Positions 49,651 through 59,125 of a stretch of 64,000 nt of DNA are shown here, in pieces. How positions within the stretch are numbered: position 1 is the first letter of the stretch; each line of letters starts with the position of its first letter. The notes under the pieces are model-generated. The model made no database searches. It worked only from the letters and a program-made list of their open reading frames with translations, and had not been told where the DNA came from. Origin of the DNA: Candidatus Caldarchaeum sp. (GTDB lineage: Archaea > Thermoproteota > Nitrososphaeria_A > Caldarchaeales > Caldarchaeaceae); NCBI GenBank assembly GCA_038831915.1, contig JAWBKB010000004.1, positions 1-64,000 of the forward strand, in the 5' to 3' direction. The position numbers and the translations under genes were made by a program.

Positions 49651-50424
49651 ATGGAACTCAAAATAGTAGACCTCTACGCCAGCGTAGAAGGACGACAGAT
49701 TCTCAAAGGCGTAAACCTCACCGTCAGAGAGGGTGAAATACACAGCCTCATGGGGCCGAACGGCTCGGGGAAAAGCACTTTGGCGTCCATCATAATGGGT
49801 CATCCAAAATACACAGTCGACAGCGGAGACATCCTACTCGACGGCGAAAGCATCGTAGACCTATCCCCTGACGAAAGAGCACGCCGAGGCCTCTTCCTCG
49901 CATTCCAATATCCCGTCGAAATTTCTGGAGTCACCCTCGCTAACTTCCTCCGCAGAGCTTACATCAACATGAAATACAGCAGAGAAGCCGACAAATCAAA
50001 AATCAGTGTCCCCGAATTTCAAAAGCTCCTAAGAGAAAAAATAGAGATGCTGAAGCTCGACCCGTCCATCGCACGACGCTATCTCAACGAAGGTTTTTCG
50101 GGAGGTGAGAAGAAACGCTGCGAAATCCTCCAGATGGCCATTCTTTCACCACGTATCGCCATTTTGGACGAAACTGATTCAGGACTCGACATCGATGGTG
50201 TCAAAATCGTCGCCGAAGGAGTTAGAACAATTTCGCAGAAAACAGGAATGGGAGCACTCGTAATCACACATTACCAGCGAATACTCAATTATCTTAAGCC
50301 AGACATCGTTCACGTTATGTATGGGGGACGCATCGTCGAAACAGGAGCTCAAGATCTCGCTCATTTGCTCGAAGAAAAAGGGTATAGTGTTATTGAGCAG
50401 AAGTACGGCCCGCCTAACGGCTGA
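49651..50424 (+). CDS. sufC: Fe-S cluster assembly ATPase SufC
   Basis: GPNGSGKST, FLAFQYPVEI, NEGFSGGEKKR, DETDSGLDID, ITHYQR. Confidence 0.96.
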   Translation: MELKIVDLYASVEGRQILKGVNLTVREGEIHSLMGPNGSGKSTLASIIMGHPKYTVDSGDILLDGESIVDLSPDERARRGLFLAFQYPVEISGVTLANFLRRAYINMKYSREADKSKISVPEFQKLLREKIEMLKLDPSIARRYLNEGFSGGEKKRCEILQMAILSPRIAILDETDSGLDIDGVKIVAEGVRTISQKTGMGALVITHYQRILNYLKPDIVHVMYGGRIVETGAQDLAHLLEEKGYSVIEQKYGPPNG

Positions 50425-51145
50425 TCGGCGTCGTTGGAATTCTCGCCCTAACGGCTTTGTACACTGGTATTGCGACAGCTGAACCCACGACGACCTGGCC
50501 GATGTTTAATGGAATTTCGGCGACTGGCACGATGTCAGGCAACACTCCGAGCCACACCGCTAGCATCTCATAGAGGAAGTAACCTGTCACCATTACGAGT
50601 CCCGCTGCAAGAAGCGATATGACGAGCCATGCTTCAACCTCTTTTCGGCGGAAAACGTAGTACGCTGGGACGGCGGAGCCGAGCAGCGCCAGAACCACCC
50701 ATGTCACGGGGCTGACGAGAACCGTGAATGTTTCTCCACCCAGTGGAGTTATTTCAACCAACCCGCTCATGAGGAAAATGCCGACGGAAATCAGAATTCC
50801 GAAGTAAACCCCCACCATGATGGCTGATAATAGCAATGCATTTGGGAAGTTGATTCGCCGCAGCCTTTGATATAGTATGGCGGCGACTGCTCCTTCAGCG
50901 GCTTTGATGACCAAAGTTCCAGGCGCAAAGACTGCGTAGCCGAGCACAATGTCAGCAATCGCTGAGCCTACTCCTCCAGCGAAAGCACCTACGAATGGCC
51001 CGCCGATGAGAGCCGCAAGATATACCATGGTTTCGCCGAGGTTGAAATAGCCACGGGTGAGCGGGAAGTAAACGCTCAAAACCATTGTTGCTGCCGCGAC
51101 CAACGCGGTGAAAACCACGGCCAATGCAATGGTGGAGCCTTTCAT
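50414..51145 (-). CDS. ECF transporter S component
   Basis: GYFNLGE, GGVGSAIAD, APGTLVIK. Confidence 0.85.
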   Translation of the reverse strand: MKGSTIALAVVFTALVAAATMVLSVYFPLTRGYFNLGETMVYLAALIGGPFVGAFAGGVGSAIADIVLGYAVFAPGTLVIKAAEGAVAAILYQRLRRINFPNALLLSAIMVGVYFGILISVGIFLMSGLVEITPLGGETFTVLVSPVTWVVLALLGSAVPAYYVFRRKEVEAWLVISLLAAGLVMVTGYFLYEMLAVWLGVLPDIVPVAEIPLNIGQVVVGSAVAIPVYKAVRARIPTTPISR

Positions 51146-51177
51146 AAGACGTCGGTGTGATTTTGGAATAATAAATT

Positions 51178-51720
51178 TTATGGCTTTTCAACCAATGAAA
51201 GCTGGAATGTTTTTTCGGAGGCTTCTGCTTTTCGCATTTTATCAACCATGTCACGGAGGTCGAGTTCGCGGTATCTGTCTGGAGCCGCTGACAAAGCCCT
51301 CAGCGCTCTTTTAATGATTGAATGGAATCCATTCCTGTCATTTTTCTGCAGATGTACATACGCCGCTGCCGTCAGAATAATACCGTGCAAAATTGTTTTT
51401 TCCTCACCTTTGGCCTCTTTCCACAGCGGTTCAAGTGCTTCATGAGCCTCCCAAAACCGCTCAGCGTTGAAGAGCTCCAGCGCCTTCACGAACTCCGCAT
51501 CCCTGTCGATTACAGTTTTTTCGACAAGCTCGACGACTTCGATTATCTCAAAGCCGTGGAGAATTGGATTTTCACCGCTCTGTACATCGATTTCAACATG
51601 GTTCGAAGCAACACGAACGTCGACGACTTTCAAACCCTGCGACCGTACGACTTCAATCAGCCGCCTCGAATCTTCAGGCCCATAGCCATCATTTCTAACG
51701 ATGATGATGAAACGCTTCAT
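51178..51720 (-). CDS. DUF309 domain protein
   Basis: LFNAERFWEAHEALEPLW, GIILTAAAYVH. Confidence 0.85.
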   Translation of the reverse strand: MKRFIIIVRNDGYGPEDSRRLIEVVRSQGLKVVDVRVASNHVEIDVQSGENPILHGFEIIEVVELVEKTVIDRDAEFVKALELFNAERFWEAHEALEPLWKEAKGEEKTILHGIILTAAAYVHLQKNDRNGFHSIIKRALRALSAAPDRYRELDLRDMVDKMRKAEASEKTFQLSLVEKP

Positions 51721-52058
51721 CTCGACGTAGTTTCCATTACCCATTCGAGATAATCCTTGTTCACGTCGGAAAGCAGCAGCTCTAAAATCGCCGGGACCCT
51801 GTATGGATGCTCGGCCTTAACGACCTTTTTCAGTTCGTCAGCTTTCTCACGACTTGTCTTCATCACGAGAATAATTTCGTCCTCTACATGCAGTCTACCC
51901 TCCCAGAAGAGGAAGGATTTCCCATGCAAGGCGTTTATGCTCGCAGCCAACTTTCTCTCCATGAGGCTTTTGCACCAGGCTGCGTAATCGCGGTCCGCCG
52001 GGAAAGGCACATAAAGCATGCAGATCAATTTCACATCCAAAACCTCCAACCGTCTCAC
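51717..52058 (-). CDS. cutA: Divalent cation tolerance protein CutA
   Basis: KLAASIN, FWEG, MKT, HPYRVPAI. Confidence 0.88.
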   Translation of the reverse strand: MRRLEVLDVKLICMLYVPFPADRDYAAWCKSLMERKLAASINALHGKSFLFWEGRLHVEDEIILVMKTSREKADELKKVVKAEHPYRVPAILELLLSDVNKDYLEWVMETTSR

Positions 52059-52109
52059 ATCTCACGGTGACATTAAAATTCTTGTAGAAAGCCTTTCTCT
52101 GGGAAAATT

Positions 52110-54023
52110 ATGTTACCATACGCGCCTTGGCTGGCGTGGATAACACCCCTCATCGGCAGCCTCTTCGTTCCTCTGGCCTTTCGCGGAGGAAAGAGGGTGG
52201 GAGAAATTTATTCTGTCCTCGTCGCGTTTGTCGCCGCTGCTTTCAGCCTCTCCATGATTCCAGACGTCTATGGGAAAGCGCGTGGAGAGGTTATAGAGGT
52301 GCCTTGGATACCTTTGGGCGGGGACCGTTACATCGAAGCGAGCCTGCTGGTCGACCCGCTGAGCGTCTTGATGGCCTCTATCGCGACGGGAATAGGCGCC
52401 CTAATCGTGCTTTACAGCGTTGGATACATGGCTCATGAAGACGGGCTGCCTCGTTACTACTTCTTTATGCTGTTTTTCATCGGAGGCATGACCCTTCTCG
52501 TCCTGTCTGAAAACCTGTTGATGCTATACATCGGATGGGAAATCGTCGGACTGTGCAGCTACGCCCTCATCGGTTTTTACAACAAAAAACCCGAAGCAAA
52601 CCACGCCGGCATCAAGGCTTTCGTGACGACAAGAATCGGAGACGCGTCAATGCTCGTTGGAATTGTGATTCTGTTTGTTGTTTTCGGCACATTCAGTTTC
52701 ACAGAGCTTGAAAAAGCCATGCTTAAAGGCATTCAGGAGGGAACTGTTTCAGCGGCGTTTCTATTCATACCGTTTCTACTGCTGTTTGGAGGAGCGGTTG
52801 GAAAGTCCGCGCAATTCCCGCTTCATGTTTGGCTTCCCGACGCCATGGAAGGCCCGACACCTGTTTCCGCGCTTATCCACGCTGCAACCATGGTCAAAGC
52901 AGGCGTATACCTCGTTGCCCGGATTATCTACACAGTCATCCCGTTCGAAGCCTTTCCACCGGCTCTTTTTGCAGACTGGTACCTCACCATCGCGCTAATC
53001 GCTGGCTTCACCGCATTCTTTGCAGCCACCATGGGCCTTGTATCGCCTGACATCAAACGGGTTATAGCCTATTCGACCATCAGCCAGCTTGGGCTTATGC
53101 TCGCCGCATTGGGAATGGCTTCTGAAATAGGCTGGTTCGGCGGTGTCTTTCACGTCTTAAGCCACAGCATCTTCAAAGCACTGCTATTCCTCGCAGCCGG
53201 GGCGGTCATCCACGCAGTTCACACAAACAACCTCGACGAAATGGGAGGCCTTCGCAACAAAATGCCTATCACATTCTGGACATCCACGGTGGGAGTTCTC
53301 TCCCTCGCAGGAGTGCCATTACTCAGCGGTTTCTGGAGCAAAGACATCATCATCGAATCATCCCTGAAATCAGCAAACTACGTCGTCTACCTTTTCATCG
53401 TAGGTGCATCAGTTTTGACCGTGGCATACAGCCTACGGTGGCTTTACAAAGTTTTCCTTGCACCGTCCAACCACGTCCATCATAACCATGTTCACGAAGC
53501 GCCGAAAGTAATGACTGTTCCGCTAATCATCCTCGCAGCACTTTCCGTAATCGTCGGCGTAACAGGACTCTGGTTCGAAGAAGAATTCCATCACTATCTC
53601 GGGCTGCATGGAAAATTCTCCGTAAGCCCCGCGACCTATGCAACCACTGCAGCCATTCTCGCAGTGGGCGGGGGGCTAGGATACATCTTCTACATCGGCG
53701 CTGTGCGAAACCCCGCGGACATAAGGCAAACACCACTCGGAGCATCACTACACAAACTTTTCATCAATAGATACTACATCGACGCATTTTACTACAGAGC
53801 CTTCGTCGAGGGGCTTGACAGACTTGCCTCAGCAATCCATAAATTCATAGAGCTGAAAGTAATTGATGGGTTCAACTACTTCATTTCACGCGTCACCGTA
53901 AGCTTCGTACAGGTTTTCCGAAATATTCAGACGGGAGAAAGCAACATTAACATTAGCGGCCTCATCATAGGTCTCGCAATCTTCCTTCTACTCATCCTAA
54001 GATTTCTGTACGGGCTTGGTTGA
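52110..54023 (+). CDS. nuoL: NADH:quinone oxidoreductase-like subunit L
   Basis: GWEIVGLCSY, GKSAQFPLHVWLPDAMEGPTPVSALIHAATMV, YSTISQLG. Confidence 0.93.
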   Translation: MLPYAPWLAWITPLIGSLFVPLAFRGGKRVGEIYSVLVAFVAAAFSLSMIPDVYGKARGEVIEVPWIPLGGDRYIEASLLVDPLSVLMASIATGIGALIVLYSVGYMAHEDGLPRYYFFMLFFIGGMTLLVLSENLLMLYIGWEIVGLCSYALIGFYNKKPEANHAGIKAFVTTRIGDASMLVGIVILFVVFGTFSFTELEKAMLKGIQEGTVSAAFLFIPFLLLFGGAVGKSAQFPLHVWLPDAMEGPTPVSALIHAATMVKAGVYLVARIIYTVIPFEAFPPALFADWYLTIALIAGFTAFFAATMGLVSPDIKRVIAYSTISQLGLMLAALGMASEIGWFGGVFHVLSHSIFKALLFLAAGAVIHAVHTNNLDEMGGLRNKMPITFWTSTVGVLSLAGVPLLSGFWSKDIIIESSLKSANYVVYLFIVGASVLTVAYSLRWLYKVFLAPSNHVHHNHVHEAPKVMTVPLIILAALSVIVGVTGLWFEEEFHHYLGLHGKFSVSPATYATTAAILAVGGGLGYIFYIGAVRNPADIRQTPLGASLHKLFINRYYIDAFYYRAFVEGLDRLASAIHKFIELKVIDGFNYFISRVTVSFVQVFRNIQTGESNINISGLIIGLAIFLLLILRFLYGLG

Positions 54024-55398
54024 CAGACTGCAACTTGAAAACACATTTTCTTCCATGCGTCGCACAACATTCGACTTCAACACACATCATTCCTCTGCCA
54101 ATGAAAACGGTTGAACTAGCCGCGATTAAATTGGCTAAACAACCACAAACCGGCTCAGCAGCTTTTATTCCAACGCATAGCTTACACGAGCTGAACTCCA
54201 CAACATAAGTGTCGAAACTTTCTTTTCTGATTCGGGGCTTCATCTCCGTAACTTCTATCAAAAACTTTTCCATGGTTTTCTCAAAGTTGCGCTTTCCATT
54301 TTCAACGCTCATAGCAGCTGCCAAGAGCCTCGCGTACAATTCCGTCAGGAAAAGCGTTAATGATTCGCTTTCCCATGCTTTGGGGAAGTTGACGGAGACA
54401 TAGCTCGAAATAGTGTCCAGCATATCCTTTGTTTCCACACACGCTAAAGTCCGCAGTTTCTGCAGAACTTTTCTCCTGTAATCACCCTGTCCTATTAACC
54501 GCTCTTCGTCATCATCATGTCTGAACATTTTAACAAACCCTCTGTCGACAAAGGCAGCAATCTTTAAAGCAAGATCATCGAGTTTGTCAGGATAAACACG
54601 TTTCAGCATGCCCATCGTCAACCCATTAATCTCTTTCAACAGGAGCAAGTCATTCAGCGGTAAAAGCGGAGAAGAAGCTCCGGTGTAGACGACTTTTAAC
54701 CGATCGTCTGCCAAAAGCTTATGCGCTAAATTTTTTACAGCTGCCTCAACACCTACTACAGGTTCCACGACGATCAGTTCGTCGTTTTTTATCAAATACG
54801 GAATTGGTCTAAGGTGAAAACCCTCTCGGGCTATTCGCATCGGAACGAAAAAGTTTTGAAATTTGCTGGCGCTTTTCTCGGTCGTAAGCTCGATTGCGCC
54901 GTCCACAATCGCGATGAGTTTTTTTTCAAAATCGCTAAATGTCTTTTTGGGTAAGAGGAAAAATTCGAGATGGCCTGTCTGTTTTATTTCGGCTCTCCAA
55001 AAATCGATGAGCCTGAGAACCTGCTCCGCGCCATGTTTAACCAGAAGCTCGGGTAAATAGACATGGACGAAAATTCGGGGAGTGGAAGCTCTCCTAACCT
55101 TGTTAACAGCTATCGAAAGTTCTTGAAGGTTGTCGACCTCGACGATGGATCTGTTAAAACGGCCTACGTAGCTTTGCCTAGGTGAAACAAACTCTGTCAA
55201 CGGCTGGTTTTTGTAAAGTTTCCGAATAAACTCAGCCGCTTCGCTAAAAGTTTCGTCCAAAACAAGAATAGACATCCCCCATGAAATATCAACGATGTTA
55301 TCAAACTGCCTATTTCCCGTTAAAGCAGGTGTAACATCATGTCCTGCGACCTTCAAAATATCGTTCCCGACTACGACCACCACCTTTTGATTTGTCAC
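53992..55398 (-). CDS. Degenerate KaiC/RecA-like domain protein with C-terminal V4R domain
   Basis: PALTGNRQFD and IVDGAIEL resemble KaiC-like domains without a Walker A; C-terminal CKLC..PVC..VECCATHGRKCVF is V4R. Confidence 0.6.
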   Translation of the reverse strand: MTNQKVVVVVGNDILKVAGHDVTPALTGNRQFDNIVDISWGMSILVLDETFSEAAEFIRKLYKNQPLTEFVSPRQSYVGRFNRSIVEVDNLQELSIAVNKVRRASTPRIFVHVYLPELLVKHGAEQVLRLIDFWRAEIKQTGHLEFFLLPKKTFSDFEKKLIAIVDGAIELTTEKSASKFQNFFVPMRIAREGFHLRPIPYLIKNDELIVVEPVVGVEAAVKNLAHKLLADDRLKVVYTGASSPLLPLNDLLLLKEINGLTMGMLKRVYPDKLDDLALKIAAFVDRGFVKMFRHDDDEERLIGQGDYRRKVLQKLRTLACVETKDMLDTISSYVSVNFPKAWESESLTLFLTELYARLLAAAMSVENGKRNFEKTMEKFLIEVTEMKPRIRKESFDTYVVEFSSCKLCVGIKAAEPVCGCLANLIAASSTVFIGRGMMCVEVECCATHGRKCVFKLQSVNQARTEILG

Positions 55399-55763
55399 AA
55401 TCCTATATTAGCCTTAACAGGCATCAGACCAACTATTTGCACGAATACATCGCGAAACACGTGCATTGGCCAATAGGTGTACGATGTAGACAGGACACCT
55501 TTGGCCGATTTCTCTCTATATTTATAATGTGTCGCAATCTTTATAAGTTATTGTGTAAAATCAAAACGAAAAACTTTTTTCCAACCCAATCCGCTATAAA
55601 TCGAAATGATCGGAATAATGAACCAAATCAGGTTTGTCCTATCAATCGGCCCATCCAGAGAATCGTTGATAGCTCTTGCCGCCTTGGCGGCCGTTCTCGC
55701 CATACAGCTTATCGCAGCAGCATCAGCGGGTAGGCTTATCGACGCGTCAGATTAAACGCAGTA

Positions 55764-56771
55764 TCATACCCGTATTGTTTTCAACATTTTTTCTGCTTCA
55801 GCTATGAATTCAGCGACACCAGTCCAGCCAATTTCGAGCTGAAGTTCCACTGGTACCGCATATCGTCTTACTTCATATGGATTGATGATATGCATTTCTG
55901 CTTTTTCAGCGGGTTCAAGCCAAGGTGGCATGTGAAGACGAACTAATGCCCTTTTTCTGCTTATCGATACAGAGTGGAGAAAGTCTTCGTAAAACTCGTT
56001 TGTACTGTTAGGCAAGCTGACAAGCATGTATTTGACGTCTTCGTGATGTGTTTGCCTCACAGGCACGTATCCGGTCACGAGTCTTCCCGCCTCGACATGT
56101 TTCTCACGATGATAACTAATGAGTTGCGGCGAAACGTTGCAGTTCTTCGAGATTTCTTTCATCTTTATCCTAGGGTTTAGCTCTAGTTCTTCGAGTATTG
56201 CCAAATCCAATTTATCGAAAAAGGTTCTCGCGTTGGTTTCACTGTACGGTATGGTTGGAACAATCAGTTGCATTTTTCGGTCCCAGCGAGTTTGGTCAAA
56301 ACTATACATCGATATCCATTCGGGTTTGTAGTAACCGTCGACGATTTCCTCGACAAGGCAATTTTCGAAGACACCCGCGTCCTGCAAAAATTCAAACAGC
56401 CGAACATAGTTGTCTTTGTCGTCCTCAGGCGGAACCGTTTGGAAGAAGAACTCACCGCTGTTTTGAAGCGACGCTCTGTAAACAGTGTAGACGCGGTCTA
56501 GCCAATTAACAACCGTGTTTCGTATTGATTCGTTTATTTGCCTACTGAACCTGACAAACACCATGTGCGGCGAAAGCCCAATCGCTCGATAGTCAACGAC
56601 TGGTAGAAACCTGAAACCAGCTTCGTGAAACTTCTTCAGATAGTATCGACATGTTTCGACCGGGATGTCCAAGTCGAAGGCAATTCTGTTGACGCGAGTC
56701 GGGCCGTATTTAATCGCTGCTGCGATCACTGACGTGAAGGCCCATCGTGTGTCCGGTGATGATAGTTTCAT
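55764..56771 (-). CDS. Lrp/AsnC-like regulator with duplicated HTH
   Basis: N-terminal HTH (RIAFDLDIPVETCRYY) and FDKLDLAILEELELNPR..ISKNCNVSPQLISYH. Confidence 0.7.
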   Translation of the reverse strand: MKLSSPDTRWAFTSVIAAAIKYGPTRVNRIAFDLDIPVETCRYYLKKFHEAGFRFLPVVDYRAIGLSPHMVFVRFSRQINESIRNTVVNWLDRVYTVYRASLQNSGEFFFQTVPPEDDKDNYVRLFEFLQDAGVFENCLVEEIVDGYYKPEWISMYSFDQTRWDRKMQLIVPTIPYSETNARTFFDKLDLAILEELELNPRIKMKEISKNCNVSPQLISYHREKHVEAGRLVTGYVPVRQTHHEDVKYMLVSLPNSTNEFYEDFLHSVSISRKRALVRLHMPPWLEPAEKAEMHIINPYEVRRYAVPVELQLEIGWTGVAEFIAEAEKMLKTIRV

Positions 56772-56885
56772 CGGTTATAGAAACATTTATTAGTATTTAT
56801 GCGTTTTAAAATCGCTTTTGGTTTTTTGTTTAGCCAACACGCGGCTCTACAAGCATTAAATTGTAGTTTTTAAAATTGTTGGCGG

Positions 56886-58373
56886 ATGTTGCCTGGAACG
56901 GAGCTCAAAATTCCACTGCTTTCTCTCGCTGTCATCCTTCCCATCGTTTTGACTCCTTTCACGTTTCTGGTTGGCCGCGTTGCCTCGTGGAGAGCCGCGG
57001 CACTTTTCACCGCCGCCACCCTGTTTCTTCCTCTGGCCATGACTCTCATTTTGACACCGGCGGTTTTGGCGGGACAGTATTTTCACGAGGAATATGAATG
57101 GGTTCCGGCTTTCGGGCTGAAGGTCGGCTTCGTCCTAGATAGTCTAAGCTACCCATTCATGCTTCTCATAACTCTGGTAGGCTTCCTCGCCGCAATCTAT
57201 TCCACCAAATACATGGAAAAGGAGCACGGGTTGACAGCTTACTATACGTTGCTTCAATTGTTCGTCGCTGGGATGATTGGCGTCGTCCTCGTCACAAACC
57301 TCTTTCTGTTCTACATTTTCTGGGAGCTGATGTTAATACCTTCCTACGGTTTAATCGCTTATTGGGGAACCGGCAACCCTCGCTTAATAGGGTTCAAATA
57401 TTTCATATTCACACATGCCGGAGCTCTGTCCTTGTTGATCGGCATCGCTTGGCTCGCCGCTGTCTTCGGCGACCTAAACATTTTCACACTTTCAAACCTC
57501 GCCCTGAGCGCGGCCGAATCACTGAGGCCCGTTCTCACGATCATCGGGTTGTTGATTTTCATAGGAGCGGCGGTCAAGATGGCTGTTTTTCCGTTTCACA
57601 CATGGTTGCCAGATGCTCACGCTGAAGCTCCAACACCAATAAGCGTCTTGCTAAGCGGTGTGATGATTAAAACAGGTGTTTACGCGGTGGCGAGGCTTGT
57701 GCTCGGCATACTGCCTTTCACCATGGTCGACCTCCGTCTCCCCATTGCCGTGCTTGCTCTCATCAGCATGGTGTGGGGAGGAGTGATGGCCTTGGTTCAA
57801 ACAGACATCAAACGACTTCTGGCCTACAGCAGCATCAGCCAAATCGGCTACATAGTTTTCGGCCTTGCCACGGCAAACGTCGCGGGAATTCAAGGCGGAC
57901 TATTCCACGTTCTAAACCATGGGTTTGCAAAAAGCCTACTTTTCATGGGCGCCGGCGTCTTAATCCACGAAGTAAACGAACGAGATATCCGAAAGCTAGG
58001 CGGCCTCGCCTCCAAAATGCCTTTGACAGCCATTGCGATGCTTCTCGGCGGCTTATCCATCGCGGGCACTCCACCGCTCGGCGGGTTCATGAGTGAATGG
58101 ATGATTTTCGTCGGCGGCGTAGACGCGGGATGGACACTTTTCGTCGCTGTCGCTATCTTCGCCACCGCGATCACCGCGGGTTACTATCTTCGAATGATTC
58201 GAGCGGTCTTCTTCGGTGAAGGGACGCTTAAAGCATCCGACCCGGGTTTAGCCATGCTGGGCCCGATGTCACCGCTCATAGTGCTCGTTATTATCCTCGG
58301 TTTTCTCGCATCTCCTTTGATAGCCGTTGTCTCTCAAACCGCTTCATCGCTTGCCCTTTTCGTCCCTGCTTGA
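56886..58373 (+). CDS. nuoM: NADH:quinone oxidoreductase-like subunit M
   Basis: FWELMLIP, PFHTWLPDAHAEAPTP, AYSSISQ, HGFAK. Confidence 0.9.
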   Translation: MLPGTELKIPLLSLAVILPIVLTPFTFLVGRVASWRAAALFTAATLFLPLAMTLILTPAVLAGQYFHEEYEWVPAFGLKVGFVLDSLSYPFMLLITLVGFLAAIYSTKYMEKEHGLTAYYTLLQLFVAGMIGVVLVTNLFLFYIFWELMLIPSYGLIAYWGTGNPRLIGFKYFIFTHAGALSLLIGIAWLAAVFGDLNIFTLSNLALSAAESLRPVLTIIGLLIFIGAAVKMAVFPFHTWLPDAHAEAPTPISVLLSGVMIKTGVYAVARLVLGILPFTMVDLRLPIAVLALISMVWGGVMALVQTDIKRLLAYSSISQIGYIVFGLATANVAGIQGGLFHVLNHGFAKSLLFMGAGVLIHEVNERDIRKLGGLASKMPLTAIAMLLGGLSIAGTPPLGGFMSEWMIFVGGVDAGWTLFVAVAIFATAITAGYYLRMIRAVFFGEGTLKASDPGLAMLGPMSPLIVLVIILGFLASPLIAVVSQTASSLALFVPA

Positions 58374-59114
58374 CATTTGATCGACTAAGGCCGAAATTCG
58401 GCCAGTTAACTCGCTTATCAAAGCGTCACGGTTTTCTGGATTCGCTACGACGAGTTCAATCTCCGCGTCAACCGAGGATTGTCCAAATTTTTTGACAGTA
58501 AACATAGGTGGAAACCGATGGTCGAAGTTGGCCCGGTATTTGTAGACCTGCTTCAAAATAGCTGCTTCAGCTTCTGGCAGGCTTATGGTCGCTGGAATTG
58601 AAACAGGGATAGTTAACCTTCTCGACGCGACCGATGTTTTGTTAACAAGTACTTGTTTTAGAAACAGAGAGTTGGGCACCGCGATTAGAGAGCCTTCGGA
58701 GCCGAGGAGAAGAGTTGTTACTTGGTTGATTTCGATTACTTTCCCCGCATACTTACCGATTTGAATTTCATCCCCTTTTTTAAACGGCAAGTACACGCCT
58801 ACGAGCACCTTCGAGAACAGGTTGGGTAGCAAATCACGCAAGCCGACGACGACAAAAATCCCACCTAAGGCGATTAAAAGCAAAAGTACGTCCAGTACCA
58901 GTCCAAGCTGGTTTACCGCGACCAGTAATCCAACAAGCCAGACGAACAACGTGGCTAGACGCGCAGCCTGGTCAACCGTCAGCACAGGCACCGCTCTTAA
59001 CGCGGTTCTCACCACTGCGTTCACCAATCTCGCCAAAACAAACGTGACTAAGATGACGGCTGTGAAAACAAGAACACGTGAAAAAACCATCGATAAATCC
59101 ATCCAGCCAAGCAT
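58344..59114 (-). CDS. Small-conductance mechanosensitive channel (MscS family)
   Basis: Three TM segments then PFKKGDEIQIG..GKVIEIN..VPNS. Confidence 0.88.
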   Translation of the reverse strand: MLGWMDLSMVFSRVLVFTAVILVTFVLARLVNAVVRTALRAVPVLTVDQAARLATLFVWLVGLLVAVNQLGLVLDVLLLLIALGGIFVVVGLRDLLPNLFSKVLVGVYLPFKKGDEIQIGKYAGKVIEINQVTTLLLGSEGSLIAVPNSLFLKQVLVNKTSVASRRLTIPVSIPATISLPEAEAAILKQVYKYRANFDHRFPPMFTVKKFGQSSVDAEIELVVANPENRDALISELTGRISALVDQMSSRDEKGKR

Positions 59115-59125
59115 CGGTGATACGT

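Noticed and set aside
55392-55733. 113-aa plus-strand ORF
   Set aside because: Lies in an AT-rich promoter-like intergenic region, composition is not protein-like, no motif
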